Shown piece by piece: positions 49,981 through 60,832 of a DNA stretch of 64,000 bases. The stretch is from Dehalococcoidia bacterium. GTDB lineage: Bacteria; Chloroflexota; Dehalococcoidia; Plut-88900. The stretch covers positions 1,792,001 to 1,856,000 of the forward strand of contig OZ240215.1 of NCBI GenBank assembly GCA_965197585.1. Direction: 5' to 3'. The notes beneath the pieces were generated by a model that was given only the letters and a program-made list of their open reading frames with translations, made no database searches and had not been told where the DNA came from. Position 1 is the stretch's first letter; every line of letters starts with the position of its first letter. A program made the position numbers and the translations under genes.

Positions 49981-51066
49981 CTACAGCGAATAATGCTCCC
50001 GCGCCGCCAGGTGCGCCGGATCATCCAGCCGGAAAGTATCCGGGTTCCGACCCCTGTCCAGCGCCAGCCAATACGTGAACAACTGCAGCGGAATCAGGTA
50101 CACAATCGGAGACAGCGCCTCCGATACCTTAGGCAATGTGACTACAACATCCGCCACCGACGACATCTCCCCATCACCCTCCTCCACTAACGCCGCCAAC
50201 CCTCCGCCCGTGGCCTTAACCGCCTTGCCGATCTCCACTGCCCGACCATTCCCGGGTCCCGGCGGCGCAATCAGCGTCACAACACATCTCTGGTCTGTAG
50301 CCACGTACGGGCCGTGCAGGAATTGCTCCAATTGGAATGCCGTGGTAACGTCGTAAGCTGCCTCGTTGATTTTCAGTGCGGCCTCGTAGGCCGTGGATGC
50401 GTTCGGCCCCCAGCCCGCAAAGCAGTACCACCCGTAGTCCCGCACCTTCGCCACCATCGACTTCACACCCTGCTCGGTCTTCAACGCCTCAGCCACGGCA
50501 TCGGGCAGTCTCTTGAGTTCCTCAGCCAAAGCCTCGCCTCCCGGGACCTTCGAGGCCACCATCGCCAGCGCGGTCATCGCCCCCGTGTGACTGATCGTGA
50601 ACGCCGACGACCGGTCCCGATATGTCGTCCTCAGCACCACGTCCGCCTGGTCCACCTTGGCCTCCGACGTAAGACAAGTCACCAACGCCGTTGAAGCCCC
50701 CGACGCCTTAGCCAACGCTAGCGCCTCCCCTGAGTAGTGCTTCGTGCCACTGTGCGCCATCACTATCACCAGGTCATCCCCCGAAAGTGGTGGCGGATAA
50801 GACACAAACTCGAAAGAGTGCCACGCTCGCGCCTCCGCCAACCCTACCGACCTGAACAGATGCTCCCCGACCAGCGCCGCATGCCATGACGTCCCGATCC
50901 CGCACACATACACCCTCCTCGCCCTCGATGCCAACCCCGCCAGTTCTTCTGCGGCGGCTCCTTGGCTGTCCAATATCTGGGCAATCGCCTCGGGCTGGTC
51001 TTGAATGCAATCGTGCATATAGTAGGGGTGCTCTTGCCGTGGCGGCGGTCTCTTGGCCATTTCCAT
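49981..51066 (-). CDS. SIS-domain sugar-amine isomerase/deglycase (GlmS C-terminal-like)
   Basis: IQDQP, GIGTSWHA, EAALKINE, FLHGP, LALDRGRNPD; no glutaminase domain. Confidence 0.87.
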   Translation of the reverse strand: MEMAKRPPPRQEHPYYMHDCIQDQPEAIAQILDSQGAAAEELAGLASRARRVYVCGIGTSWHAALVGEHLFRSVGLAEARAWHSFEFVSYPPPLSGDDLVIVMAHSGTKHYSGEALALAKASGASTALVTCLTSEAKVDQADVVLRTTYRDRSSAFTISHTGAMTALAMVASKVPGGEALAEELKRLPDAVAEALKTEQGVKSMVAKVRDYGWYCFAGWGPNASTAYEAALKINEAAYDVTTAFQLEQFLHGPYVATDQRCVVTLIAPPGPGNGRAVEIGKAVKATGGGLAALVEEGDGEMSSVADVVVTLPKVSEALSPIVYLIPLQLFTYWLALDRGRNPDTFRLDDPAHLAAREHYSL

Positions 51067-51364
51067 ACTCCTGTCTGAATTGAAGAGTCGGGAGTATAGC
51101 CTTCACCCCTCCATTAGGCAACGCTACCTTCCCCTATAAGAGACCTAAAAAAGGGTGGGTGGGCTGCAAGTCCGCCTCTGGAGGCCGGCACCCGATTCAC
51201 TCTGTCGATAGACTGGAGCGACCAGCCCTCCTCCTATGTGCCACCGCCCCCTTGCCCCGCACACCCATTTCTACCTATCCTATACTTGCAATCACCTCCG
51301 GCCCTGCATCTCTCCTCATGCCAATGAAACAATCAACAATCAGTTTCATCCTTACCCTCCACAC

Positions 51365-52096
51365 ATGTTCAACAAACCGGTAACAATTGCCGATGGCATT
51401 TTCCAGATTCGCGCCGTCGGGGCCCGAGTCACCGTCATAACCGAGCCCGGTGACGCCATACTCGTCGACGCAGGCTTCCCCGGAAGCTACCGAGCGATTA
51501 CCCGCGGCCTTTCGGAATGCGGACTCTCACTCGACCGGATCAGCCGTGTTGTAATTACCCACGCCCACCCCGACCACTCCGGCGGCCTTGCCGAGCTCGC
51601 TGCCGATGCTGATTTCTCCGTAGCTGTACACTATACTGAGGCGGACATCATCGAGGGCATAACCCCCGCCCCCAACCCCTTGCAAATCCCCCTGCTCGCC
51701 TCCGTGGCCCAGCCCGCCCTTGACAGGCTCACCGGCAACCCCGTCCCCGTCGCCCTACGACTACACGACGGTGACCTCATCCCCTTCCCAACCGAACTCC
51801 GAGTCGTCCATCTCCCCGGTCACACCCCCGGCAGCATCGCCCTTTACATGCCACAAAAGGGCATAGTCATCGTCGGCGATGCCCTCCAGTACAAGTTTGG
51901 CTGGAGACTCTATCCCCCGGCCCCCGGCGTCACCCACTCTCCTGGGCAGGCTATGCAATCCCTGGAGAAACTCCTCGAGCTTGACTTCCACACCATCTGC
52001 TTTAGCCACTTTCCTCCTCTCCAGAAAGACGCCCGAGACTCCCTCCGGCGCCTCATTGAACGTTACTCCGGCCGGTCCACCATCACCCCGTGCTAA
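51365..52096 (+). CDS. MBL-fold metallo-hydrolase
   Basis: LVDAG, THAHPDHSGG, PGHTPGS, GDAL; start re-called to 51365. Confidence 0.9.
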   Translation: MFNKPVTIADGIFQIRAVGARVTVITEPGDAILVDAGFPGSYRAITRGLSECGLSLDRISRVVITHAHPDHSGGLAELAADADFSVAVHYTEADIIEGITPAPNPLQIPLLASVAQPALDRLTGNPVPVALRLHDGDLIPFPTELRVVHLPGHTPGSIALYMPQKGIVIVGDALQYKFGWRLYPPAPGVTHSPGQAMQSLEKLLELDFHTICFSHFPPLQKDARDSLRRLIERYSGRSTITPC

Positions 52097-52116
52097 ACTC
52101 CCTCTCATAAAATGGC

Positions 52117-54609
52117 ATGCCTACAACCTCGGTACCCGACACCATAGTCGACTTCCTGCGCGAAGCCGCAGCACGCCACGGGCCCCGCGACGCCCTCCTC
52201 ATTAAACCCGCCTTCCGCTACATCCGCTGGACTTACGACAAGCTCTGGGAAGATTCAGGCCGTGTCGCCACTCTCCTCCAGCGCCGTGGCTTGAGTAAGG
52301 GAGACCAGGCCATCCTCTGGGGCCCCAATTCTCCCCACTGGGTACTCGCATTCTTCGGATGTCTACGGGCAGGGGTTGTTCTGATCCCCCTTGACCTTCG
52401 CAGCGCTCCCGACTACGTCTCCCGCGTCATATCCCGCACCGAGCCCAAGCTCGCCTTCACCTCCCGCTTCACATCCAAGGGAGATGTCGAGCTCGGCGTC
52501 CCGGAAATCACCTTCGAAGAGCTGGAGTTGGCCATAGCCGACCTCCCCACCCCCAACCCTGTACCCATCCAACCCGACGATCTCGCCGAAATTATGTTCA
52601 CCTCCGGCACCACCGGAGATCCCAAGGGTGTTATGCTCACCCACCGCAATCTCACCGCCAACATCGAAGGCATCTCCCAATACATCTCCGTCGACTCTTC
52701 CAGCAGGCTCCTGTCCATCCTCCCTCTCAGCCACATGTATGAGCAGATGGGCGGCCTCTTTTTCACTCTACACTCCGGCGCCAGCGTCACCTATCCCACC
52801 AGCCGACAGCCCACCGTCCTCTCCCGAACCATGCGCGAACGCAAAATCACCACCATGCTAATGGTGCCCCAGGCCCTGGAACTGCTGATGAATGGCATTG
52901 AGCGTGAGGTGATCAGACAAGGCAAGGAGCGGCTCTGGAAAAAGCTCCTCAAGGTAGCCGGGCGTACCCCCTTCGGCCTCCGCCGACACCTCTTCCGCAC
53001 GGTCCATAAGCAGTTTGGTGGCAAGCTTGACCTCATCGTGTCCGGCGGTGCGCCCCTTGACCGGGATTTGGGCCGCAAGTGGGAAATGCTTGGTATCAAG
53101 GTCCTCCAGGGCTATGGCGCCACCGAGGCTTCACCCGTGATCAGCAATCACACTATGGATGAACGCCGCCCCGACTCTACTGGCCGACCCTTGCCCAACG
53201 TACAGGTGAAAATCAGCGAGCAGGGCGAAATCCTGGTAAAAGGCGATAACATCACCCCCGGCTATTACAACGCCCCCGAAGAAACCGCCAAGGCCTTCGA
53301 AGATGGGTGGTACAAGACCGGCGACCTTGGCTACTTCGACGAGGATGGCTTCCTTCACATCCAGGGCCGGGTCAAGGACATGATCGTCCTCTCCAGCGGC
53401 CAGAACGTATTCCCCCAGGACATTCAAACCGTGCTGGTCAAACACCCGAGCGTCAAGGACGCAGTAGTTGTAGGTCTCCCTAAAGGCACGTCGGTAGAAG
53501 TTCACGCCGCCCTCATCCTTGACGACCTCAACACCGCCCGAGAGGCCGTAGACTGGACAAACTCCCAGCTCGCCGAGCAGCAGCGGGTCCGTAGCTTCAC
53601 CGTCTGGCCCGACGAAGACTTCCCCCGTACCCACACCCTGAAAGTCAAGAACCAGGTCGTCATAGATACAATCCTCCGTGGCGCCGAGCAGTCGACCCCC
53701 TCGTCTCCCCGCCCCTCCTCCACCCCTCCAACCGGCGCCCGAGACCTGATGAGCATCATCGCCGAACTAAGCCGCCGTGACCTCGAACTCGTCAACGATA
53801 CCGCTAACCTGGGAGACGACCTGGACCTCGACTCCCTCGGCCGTATCGAACTCCTCTCCGCCGTAGAATCCGAGCTCGGCGTATACCTCGATGAGTCCCA
53901 AATCTCCCCCGAAACGACCGTCCGCCAGCTATCCTCCATGGTCGAAGAAGGCTCCAGGCGCCCGCCTATGGTTAAGTTTCCCGCCTGGGGAATGCGAATG
54001 TGGGCTCGCATGGCGCGCGGATTCCTACAGCAAGGCCTTGTCTTTCCCTTAATGACCCTTATATACGGCCTGAAGGTGTCGGGCAAAGAGAACCTTGCTG
54101 GACTGACCGGCCCCGTGCTCTTCGCTTCCAACCACCATCTGGGCCTGGACAACCCACTCATTTTCAAAGCCGTGACCCGACGCTGGAGAAGTCGCTTGGC
54201 CGTCGCCGCCGCCGCCGAGCTGTGGCAGAACCCCATCTGGTGGGTGCTGAACCCGCTCTTGGGCAACGGATTCCCCATCGCGAAAACGGGCCCAATCAGG
54301 CCCAGTCTCGAAAACCTGGGAAGCATCATGGACCGCGGATGGTCGGTCCTGATCTACCCGGAAGGCGTACTTACCGTCGGAGGCCCGATGAAGCCCTTTA
54401 TGCAAGGTGCTGGATTAGTGGCCGTTGAAGGCCGAGTCCCCGTCGTGCCCATGCGGCTGGACGTCACAAGGTTCGGCTCACCCTCCCGCCTCCCCTTCCT
54501 GCGCCGGGGCCGAGTCGAAATCCGATTCGGCCCTCCCCTCACCTTCCCCCCCGGCACCGACTACCAGGACGCAACCTCAACCATAGAGGAAGCCGTCAAA
54601 GCCCTCTAA
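52117..54609 (+). CDS. Fused AMP-binding (acyl-CoA synthetase)-ACP-PlsC acyltransferase
   Basis: FTSGTTGDPKG, GYGATE, TGDLG; LDSL (phosphopantetheine Ser); NHHLGLD, YPEG. Confidence 0.9.
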   Translation: MPTTSVPDTIVDFLREAAARHGPRDALLIKPAFRYIRWTYDKLWEDSGRVATLLQRRGLSKGDQAILWGPNSPHWVLAFFGCLRAGVVLIPLDLRSAPDYVSRVISRTEPKLAFTSRFTSKGDVELGVPEITFEELELAIADLPTPNPVPIQPDDLAEIMFTSGTTGDPKGVMLTHRNLTANIEGISQYISVDSSSRLLSILPLSHMYEQMGGLFFTLHSGASVTYPTSRQPTVLSRTMRERKITTMLMVPQALELLMNGIEREVIRQGKERLWKKLLKVAGRTPFGLRRHLFRTVHKQFGGKLDLIVSGGAPLDRDLGRKWEMLGIKVLQGYGATEASPVISNHTMDERRPDSTGRPLPNVQVKISEQGEILVKGDNITPGYYNAPEETAKAFEDGWYKTGDLGYFDEDGFLHIQGRVKDMIVLSSGQNVFPQDIQTVLVKHPSVKDAVVVGLPKGTSVEVHAALILDDLNTAREAVDWTNSQLAEQQRVRSFTVWPDEDFPRTHTLKVKNQVVIDTILRGAEQSTPSSPRPSSTPPTGARDLMSIIAELSRRDLELVNDTANLGDDLDLDSLGRIELLSAVESELGVYLDESQISPETTVRQLSSMVEEGSRRPPMVKFPAWGMRMWARMARGFLQQGLVFPLMTLIYGLKVSGKENLAGLTGPVLFASNHHLGLDNPLIFKAVTRRWRSRLAVAAAAELWQNPIWWVLNPLLGNGFPIAKTGPIRPSLENLGSIMDRGWSVLIYPEGVLTVGGPMKPFMQGAGLVAVEGRVPVVPMRLDVTRFGSPSRLPFLRRGRVEIRFGPPLTFPPGTDYQDATSTIEEAVKAL

Positions 54610-54701
54610 CCCCCTATCCAAATCCCCCCTCCCTCAACGAGACCTTCGCATAACCGTCATTCCAGGCGGCGGCGGAGAGGTCCAGTCCCCTCTCCCTCGA
54701 T

Positions 54702-54832
54702 GAGACCTTTGCGTAACCACTGCTGGAGGGGCTGGGGCCGCTCGTGCTGAGTCCCGTCGAAGTATGCGCGGGGGAGGGGTTTGGCGATCAGAATGGTAAA
54801 AGGGGCCTGTTCTGCAGTTACGCAAAGGGCTC
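54702..54832. mobile_element. MITE copy 1
   Basis: TIRs GAGACCTTTGCGTAAC / GTTACGCAAAGGGCTC with an internal REP-like palindrome. Confidence 0.7.
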
Positions 54833-54875
54833 GCGATGGGTCGAACATACACCGTAGCCTGAACCCCCCCTCGAC

Positions 54876-55005
54876 GAGACCTTTGCGTAATCACTGCTGG
54901 AGGGGCTGGGGCCGCTCGTGCTGAGCCCCGTCGAAGTATGCGCGGGGAGGGGTTTGGCGATCAGAATGGTAAAAGGGGCCTGTTCTGCAGTTACGCAAAG
55001 GGCTC
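54876..55005. mobile_element. MITE copy 2 (174-bp tandem duplicate)
   Basis: Near-identical to 54702-54832, including the downstream spacer; a lone TIR-like end also sits at 54639. Confidence 0.7.
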
Positions 55006-55080
55006 GCGATGGGTCGAACATACGCCGTAGCCTGAACCCCTCCCCCGTAGGTATGACTCTCGCGGTCGCCCTTCTCTCGC

Positions 55081-55632
55081 CTAAATAGGCAGCAAAGGCG
55101 TAGCCCCCGCATCCACCTCCACCTCGAACGTGTTCAGCGCCCCGGCTAAGAGAGCATAGTACCCGGTCGTCACCGTAAGGTCCGCCACCCCCTGCGCCCC
55201 AAACCTGGCGTAAGCCGCTTCATAGACACCCTGTGACACGTTGTGCTGGCGCATCGTCTCAAGCACATAGTTGCAGACCACAGCCTCCTCATCACTCAAC
55301 CCCGAGGGCGCCCTCCGGTCCCGCACGGCCATAATGGCCTCTTCACGCACCCCGGCCTTTCGAGCCTCCGGCTCGTGATAGGTCCATTCGTACTGGCAGT
55401 CCCACTCCCGAGCCGTCACCAGAATCGTCAGCTCCTTGACATCCGCCGGGAGACTGGACTCGAATCTGATGTAAGCCCCCAAGTGCGCAGCGCGGCGCGA
55501 CATCTCCGGGCTGTTGAGCAGCACAGAAAACGGCCCCGACACCTCCCCCCGGCTCCCCCTAATCTCATCGTAGGCAACCTGCCCACCTTCGGGCGCGTCT
55601 TCCCTGTTCCTGATCCTGGGAATCCTGGTCAT
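55081..55632 (-). CDS. Carboxymuconolactone decarboxylase (CMD/AhpD-like) family protein
   Basis: GPFSVLLNSPE, ELTILVTAREW, YEWTYH, GYYALLA. Confidence 0.87.
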   Translation of the reverse strand: MTRIPRIRNREDAPEGGQVAYDEIRGSRGEVSGPFSVLLNSPEMSRRAAHLGAYIRFESSLPADVKELTILVTAREWDCQYEWTYHEPEARKAGVREEAIMAVRDRRAPSGLSDEEAVVCNYVLETMRQHNVSQGVYEAAYARFGAQGVADLTVTTGYYALLAGALNTFEVEVDAGATPLLPI

Positions 55633-55808
55633 AAGATGCTTTCCTCCTGCTATTACTACCCCAAAAACCCTGTTCCTTGCTCAGCCCCCCTTGCCATGCC
55701 GACACCATTCGCATTGACATTCCAAAGTCCCGTGATCCTCTCATACCGAGGCCTTGCTTTACTTTTATTCCAAGGTGCTGCCTTTCTCTCATTCCAACGC
55801 CTCGTTTT

Positions 55809-55839
55809 ACTGTCATTCCGAGGCTCCGCGAGTAATCTA
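55809..55839. repeat. Second REP-like family, copy 2
   Basis: ACTGTCATTCCGAGGCTCCGCGAGTAATCTA. Confidence 0.7.
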
Positions 55840-55882
55840 GGACTTGCCCGCTCACTTTGTTGCCTCGATAGCCCTTTCCCTA

Positions 55883-57253
55883 TTACGCCGGACTCCTCTT
55901 CAGCAACGATGCTATTACCAACGCCCCACCTATCATCATAATCACAATCGTGGGTACTATCAGGCTGCCGGTGACATCCGTGAGCATCGATGTACCCACA
56001 TCAATACCTAGCTGGCACAAAGCCGGCTCCACGTCCGATGCCCTGCCCGCCAGTCCGTCGCACCCCGCATGCCCCACCTCAAGGAAAGATGCGAACATGT
56101 TGGGAAGTTGCGCTCGCAAAGCCAGGGCAATGCCCATAAACGCGCCGCCGGAAAGCAGGATCGCCAGGCCCGGCCAGCCCATGAAGGATTTGAGGCCCGG
56201 CAGATGCACAAGACCCAGCAGCACGCTGAACACGACAATCGCCAATATGCCCCCCCAGGAACCCGCTGTCTTCCCGCGGGTCAGCCACTCCCGGACTTGA
56301 TCCACGTCCGCCAGCACCTCTCCTTTGCTCACACCCCGGTTCTTCGCGATCTTCCTCAGTGGATCGAACCGGTCCTGGTCGTCCAACTGGTTCTCCCGGA
56401 ACTCCTCTAACGCGCTGTCGATGAGCGGCCCAGCCAACGGTTCCACCGCTATGACCAGGACCCGAGTGAGCGCCTCCCGAGAATCGGGCAATAGGAGAGC
56501 CTCGTTGACCTCGCTATCAAATTGGTCCAGCAAGGCAAGCAAATCCAGCGAAAACCCCTTCTCTCTTGCCTCGACCTTCGCCTGAGCATAGGCCGCGGGC
56601 CTGATCTCCGGTGGCACTCCCACAAGAGACGGTGCCGTTATCGGAAACTGCGGGTCTTCCAGTTGGATAAGCGTATCCGCCAATTGAAGGCTAAAGGTGT
56701 CTACCCGGTCTTGAAGGGTGCCTTCCGGCGGAGGCAGTATTACCAGGTTGTTCTCTACCGCCTTCGCCAGGAATCGAAGCAAGGCAGGCTTGGCGGTCCC
56801 CTCTACAGGCTCGACCCCTTCAGGGGTTGGCACGCCCGTGCCGATTATTGGCCTAAAATGAATGTAGACGTCTGGTACGGCTATCGGCTCATCGGTCGCC
56901 GGATCGATCTCTTCGTTGAGATACTCCACCGCTCCACTCACCGCACCCTCCACCTGACGCCGAAGCTGAGGTGGCGACAGAATGCCCTTGATCAGCGGCT
57001 CCACGTCTTCTTCCTCAATCCGGATGCCACCCAGGAAGTTGGCCCTTTCATCCTCCTGGATCTGCCTCGTCACCTCGGGGACCAACACCGCATCATATAG
57101 ACGGTTGTAGACGTCATTCTCCGAAAAATGCTTCAGGTAGAAGTCTTCGGATATAAAATGGGAGCGCAGCGAGTCTGTAGTCAGATAGCTCAGCACGCCG
57201 AGGAAAATCACTACCCCCAGCGCCAAGCTTATGATGACTTTGAAGAGGCCCAT
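55883..57253 (-). CDS. Hypothetical membrane protein
   Basis: N-terminal TM, large soluble domain, about 3 C-terminal TMs. Confidence 0.75.
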   Translation of the reverse strand: MGLFKVIISLALGVVIFLGVLSYLTTDSLRSHFISEDFYLKHFSENDVYNRLYDAVLVPEVTRQIQEDERANFLGGIRIEEEDVEPLIKGILSPPQLRRQVEGAVSGAVEYLNEEIDPATDEPIAVPDVYIHFRPIIGTGVPTPEGVEPVEGTAKPALLRFLAKAVENNLVILPPPEGTLQDRVDTFSLQLADTLIQLEDPQFPITAPSLVGVPPEIRPAAYAQAKVEAREKGFSLDLLALLDQFDSEVNEALLLPDSREALTRVLVIAVEPLAGPLIDSALEEFRENQLDDQDRFDPLRKIAKNRGVSKGEVLADVDQVREWLTRGKTAGSWGGILAIVVFSVLLGLVHLPGLKSFMGWPGLAILLSGGAFMGIALALRAQLPNMFASFLEVGHAGCDGLAGRASDVEPALCQLGIDVGTSMLTDVTGSLIVPTIVIMMIGGALVIASLLKRSPA

Positions 57254-57296
57254 GCTTCAGATCAACGGCAGCGCTAAGCGCCGGGGAGGCCGACCG

Positions 57297-58238
57297 TTAA
57301 CTCCTGGCTGCCTTGGCGGTGTGGCCTTTCTCGTTGTCCCGAAATTCCCGTGGCAGAACAAAGGTTATGTCCTCCTCGGCCCCGTCCAGGGTAGTCACCT
57401 TCTCAGGGTGTAGCGCCTCTACCACCTGCCGCACCAGCAGCTCGGGCGTCGAGGCACCGGAGATGATCCCTATCCTATTCACGTCCCCGCCGATCTCAAG
57501 TCCGTCCAGGTCCTGTGCCCCACTGATCAGATAGGACGGGACGCCCAGTGCCTCGGCCACGTCCCTGAGCCGGTTGCAGTTCGAGCTCTGCTGCGCCCCG
57601 ATCACGAGTACCAGGTCGGATGTTGCCGCTAGCTGCTGTACTGCCTCCTGACGATTGGTCGTCGCATAGCAGATGTCATTCCTCACCAGCGAGTTCGGGA
57701 AACGGGACTTTACCTCATCCACCGCCTTGGACGTGTCCAGTACGGAAAGCGTTGTCTGCGTGAGCACCACAAGCGGGCTTTCAGAGTCCCACTCGGGCAG
57801 TTTTATCTCCTCCCGTTCGTCGATGAGCTCCATTGAGGTCTGCCCCATGGTCCCGATCACCTCTTGATGGCCCGGATGCCCGATAAGCACCACCTTGCGG
57901 CCCTCTCTGGCGTACTTCCGGGCCTCGTTATGCACCTTGGTGACTAGCGGGCACGTGGCGTCGATCACCTTGTGCCCGCGCTGGCGCGCTAGTTCGAAGT
58001 CCTCGGGCGGAGACCCATGCGCCGAGAATACAACCACCGAGTCCTCCGGGACCTCCTCGACGTCCTCTACAGTTATCGCGCCTTTCGCCTCCAGGGATGC
58101 CACCACGTATGGGTTGTGGACTATTTCGTGCTTGACGTATACCGGAGGGCCATACGTCTCCAGCGCCAGTTCCACTATATCTATGGCGCGCACAACTCCG
58201 GCGCAGAATCCCCTGGGGGTGGCAAGAAATACCTCCAA
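57297..58238 (-). CDS. ispH: 4-hydroxy-3-methylbut-2-enyl diphosphate reductase
   Basis: PRGFCAGV, IVHN, DATCPLV, QTTLS, ICYATTNRQ, SSN, GASTP. Confidence 0.97.
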   Translation of the reverse strand: MEVFLATPRGFCAGVVRAIDIVELALETYGPPVYVKHEIVHNPYVVASLEAKGAITVEDVEEVPEDSVVVFSAHGSPPEDFELARQRGHKVIDATCPLVTKVHNEARKYAREGRKVVLIGHPGHQEVIGTMGQTSMELIDEREEIKLPEWDSESPLVVLTQTTLSVLDTSKAVDEVKSRFPNSLVRNDICYATTNRQEAVQQLAATSDLVLVIGAQQSSNCNRLRDVAEALGVPSYLISGAQDLDGLEIGGDVNRIGIISGASTPELLVRQVVEALHPEKVTTLDGAEEDITFVLPREFRDNEKGHTAKAARS

Positions 58239-58326
58239 GATCGCATCTCCTTTTCTGGATCAGTCTCTTCAGCCATAATCATTATACATCCGTTCACCCA
58301 CCCCCCGCCCTGACACCCCTCATTAG

Positions 58327-59495
<1,169 letters not shown>

Positions 59496-59641
59496 ATCAA
59501 CACAGTTGCTGAGCAGAGTCGAAGGGTCGAGCGGAGGGGGCTCACGAAATACCAACTGGCTGCCTCCCACCCTCCAAACCCTTAATGGACACTCCATGAC
59601 CTATAGGTTAGATTACGCTCGAACCTACCCCCCGCTCACCC

Positions 59642-60829
59642 ATGCACCAACTCCTCGAAAACGTCAAAGTCCTCGACCTTACTCACTACGTTGCAGGGCC
59701 ATACTGCACCAAGCTCCTAGCCGACTACGGAGCCGACGTCATTAAGGTCGAAAGGCCCGGTATCGGCGATTGCGCCCGACGCATCGGCCCCTTCCTTAAG
59801 GACCTCCCCCACCCCGAAAACAGCGGCCTGTTTCTACACCTCAACGGCAACAAGCGTAGCGTCACCCTGAACTTGAAATCCGCGCGCGGCCGACGCCTGT
59901 TAGAGGCTCTCGCCCAATGGGCCGACATCCTGGTCGAGAGCTTCCGGCCTGGCGTCATGGCCCGGCTTGGACTCTCCTATGAAGCGCTGAGCAATCTCAA
60001 CCCGTCCCTCGTTATGGTCTCCCTGTCTAACTTCGGTCAGACCGGCCCCTACAAGAACTATGCCCTCGACGAGATAACCGGCTACGGTATGGGAGGCATG
60101 ATGCACGCCAACGGCCTCCCGGACCGCGAGCCCCTTAAACTGGGCGGACGGGTCGGGCTCTACCAGGCCGGGACCGTGGCCGCAGGTGCCACGATTACTT
60201 CCCTATACGGCGCCCGAGCCGCTGGCATCGGAGACCATCTCGACATTTCAATCTTCGAAACCCAGGCCGGAAGCATCGATAGGCGGGCCAACTGGGTCCT
60301 CGCATACCAGTACACCGGCGAAAACGCCTTGAGGCTCGGCCCCAACATCTATTCCGGCCTGAGACCCGCCGGTGACGGCTACATAGATATGTGGACCGTA
60401 GGAAAAATGCTTCCACGGCTCGCCACGGCCCTCGGCCCGAGCCCCGACCCGGCCTTGGACGATCCCGCAGACCTATCCGACGCCGTTCAGGACTTGGAGG
60501 CCCGGATACTCGACTGGAGCCTGAGTCACACCAAGCAGGAGCTGTGGTTCAAGGCCCAGGAGCAGAGAATACCCTCGGGGCCCCTCAACTACGTCGACGA
60601 GGTGATGGCCGACCCCCAGTTCCGGGCCACGGGATTCTGGAACAAGGTCGAACTACCCCACACAGGCTTGGTCGAGCAGCCCGGCAGCCCCTTCGCCCCC
60701 CACACCGCCCCGAGACAACTCCGCCGCCCCGCTCCTACCCTGGGACAGCACTACCAGGAAGTCTTCTGCGGCCTTCTAGGCTTCTCCAAGCCCGAGCTCT
60801 CGCGCATGGCCCAGATGGGGGTCGTCTAA
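59642..60829 (+). CDS. Class III CoA-transferase subunit
   Basis: VLDLTHYVAGP, NGNKRS, VESFRPG; paralog of 6252-7523. Confidence 0.9.
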   Translation: MHQLLENVKVLDLTHYVAGPYCTKLLADYGADVIKVERPGIGDCARRIGPFLKDLPHPENSGLFLHLNGNKRSVTLNLKSARGRRLLEALAQWADILVESFRPGVMARLGLSYEALSNLNPSLVMVSLSNFGQTGPYKNYALDEITGYGMGGMMHANGLPDREPLKLGGRVGLYQAGTVAAGATITSLYGARAAGIGDHLDISIFETQAGSIDRRANWVLAYQYTGENALRLGPNIYSGLRPAGDGYIDMWTVGKMLPRLATALGPSPDPALDDPADLSDAVQDLEARILDWSLSHTKQELWFKAQEQRIPSGPLNYVDEVMADPQFRATGFWNKVELPHTGLVEQPGSPFAPHTAPRQLRRPAPTLGQHYQEVFCGLLGFSKPELSRMAQMGVV

Positions 60830-60832
60830 GGA

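Noticed and set aside
54639-55040. CRISPR array
   Set aside because: Units are ~174 bp with duplicated rather than unique spacers, and there are no cas genes.
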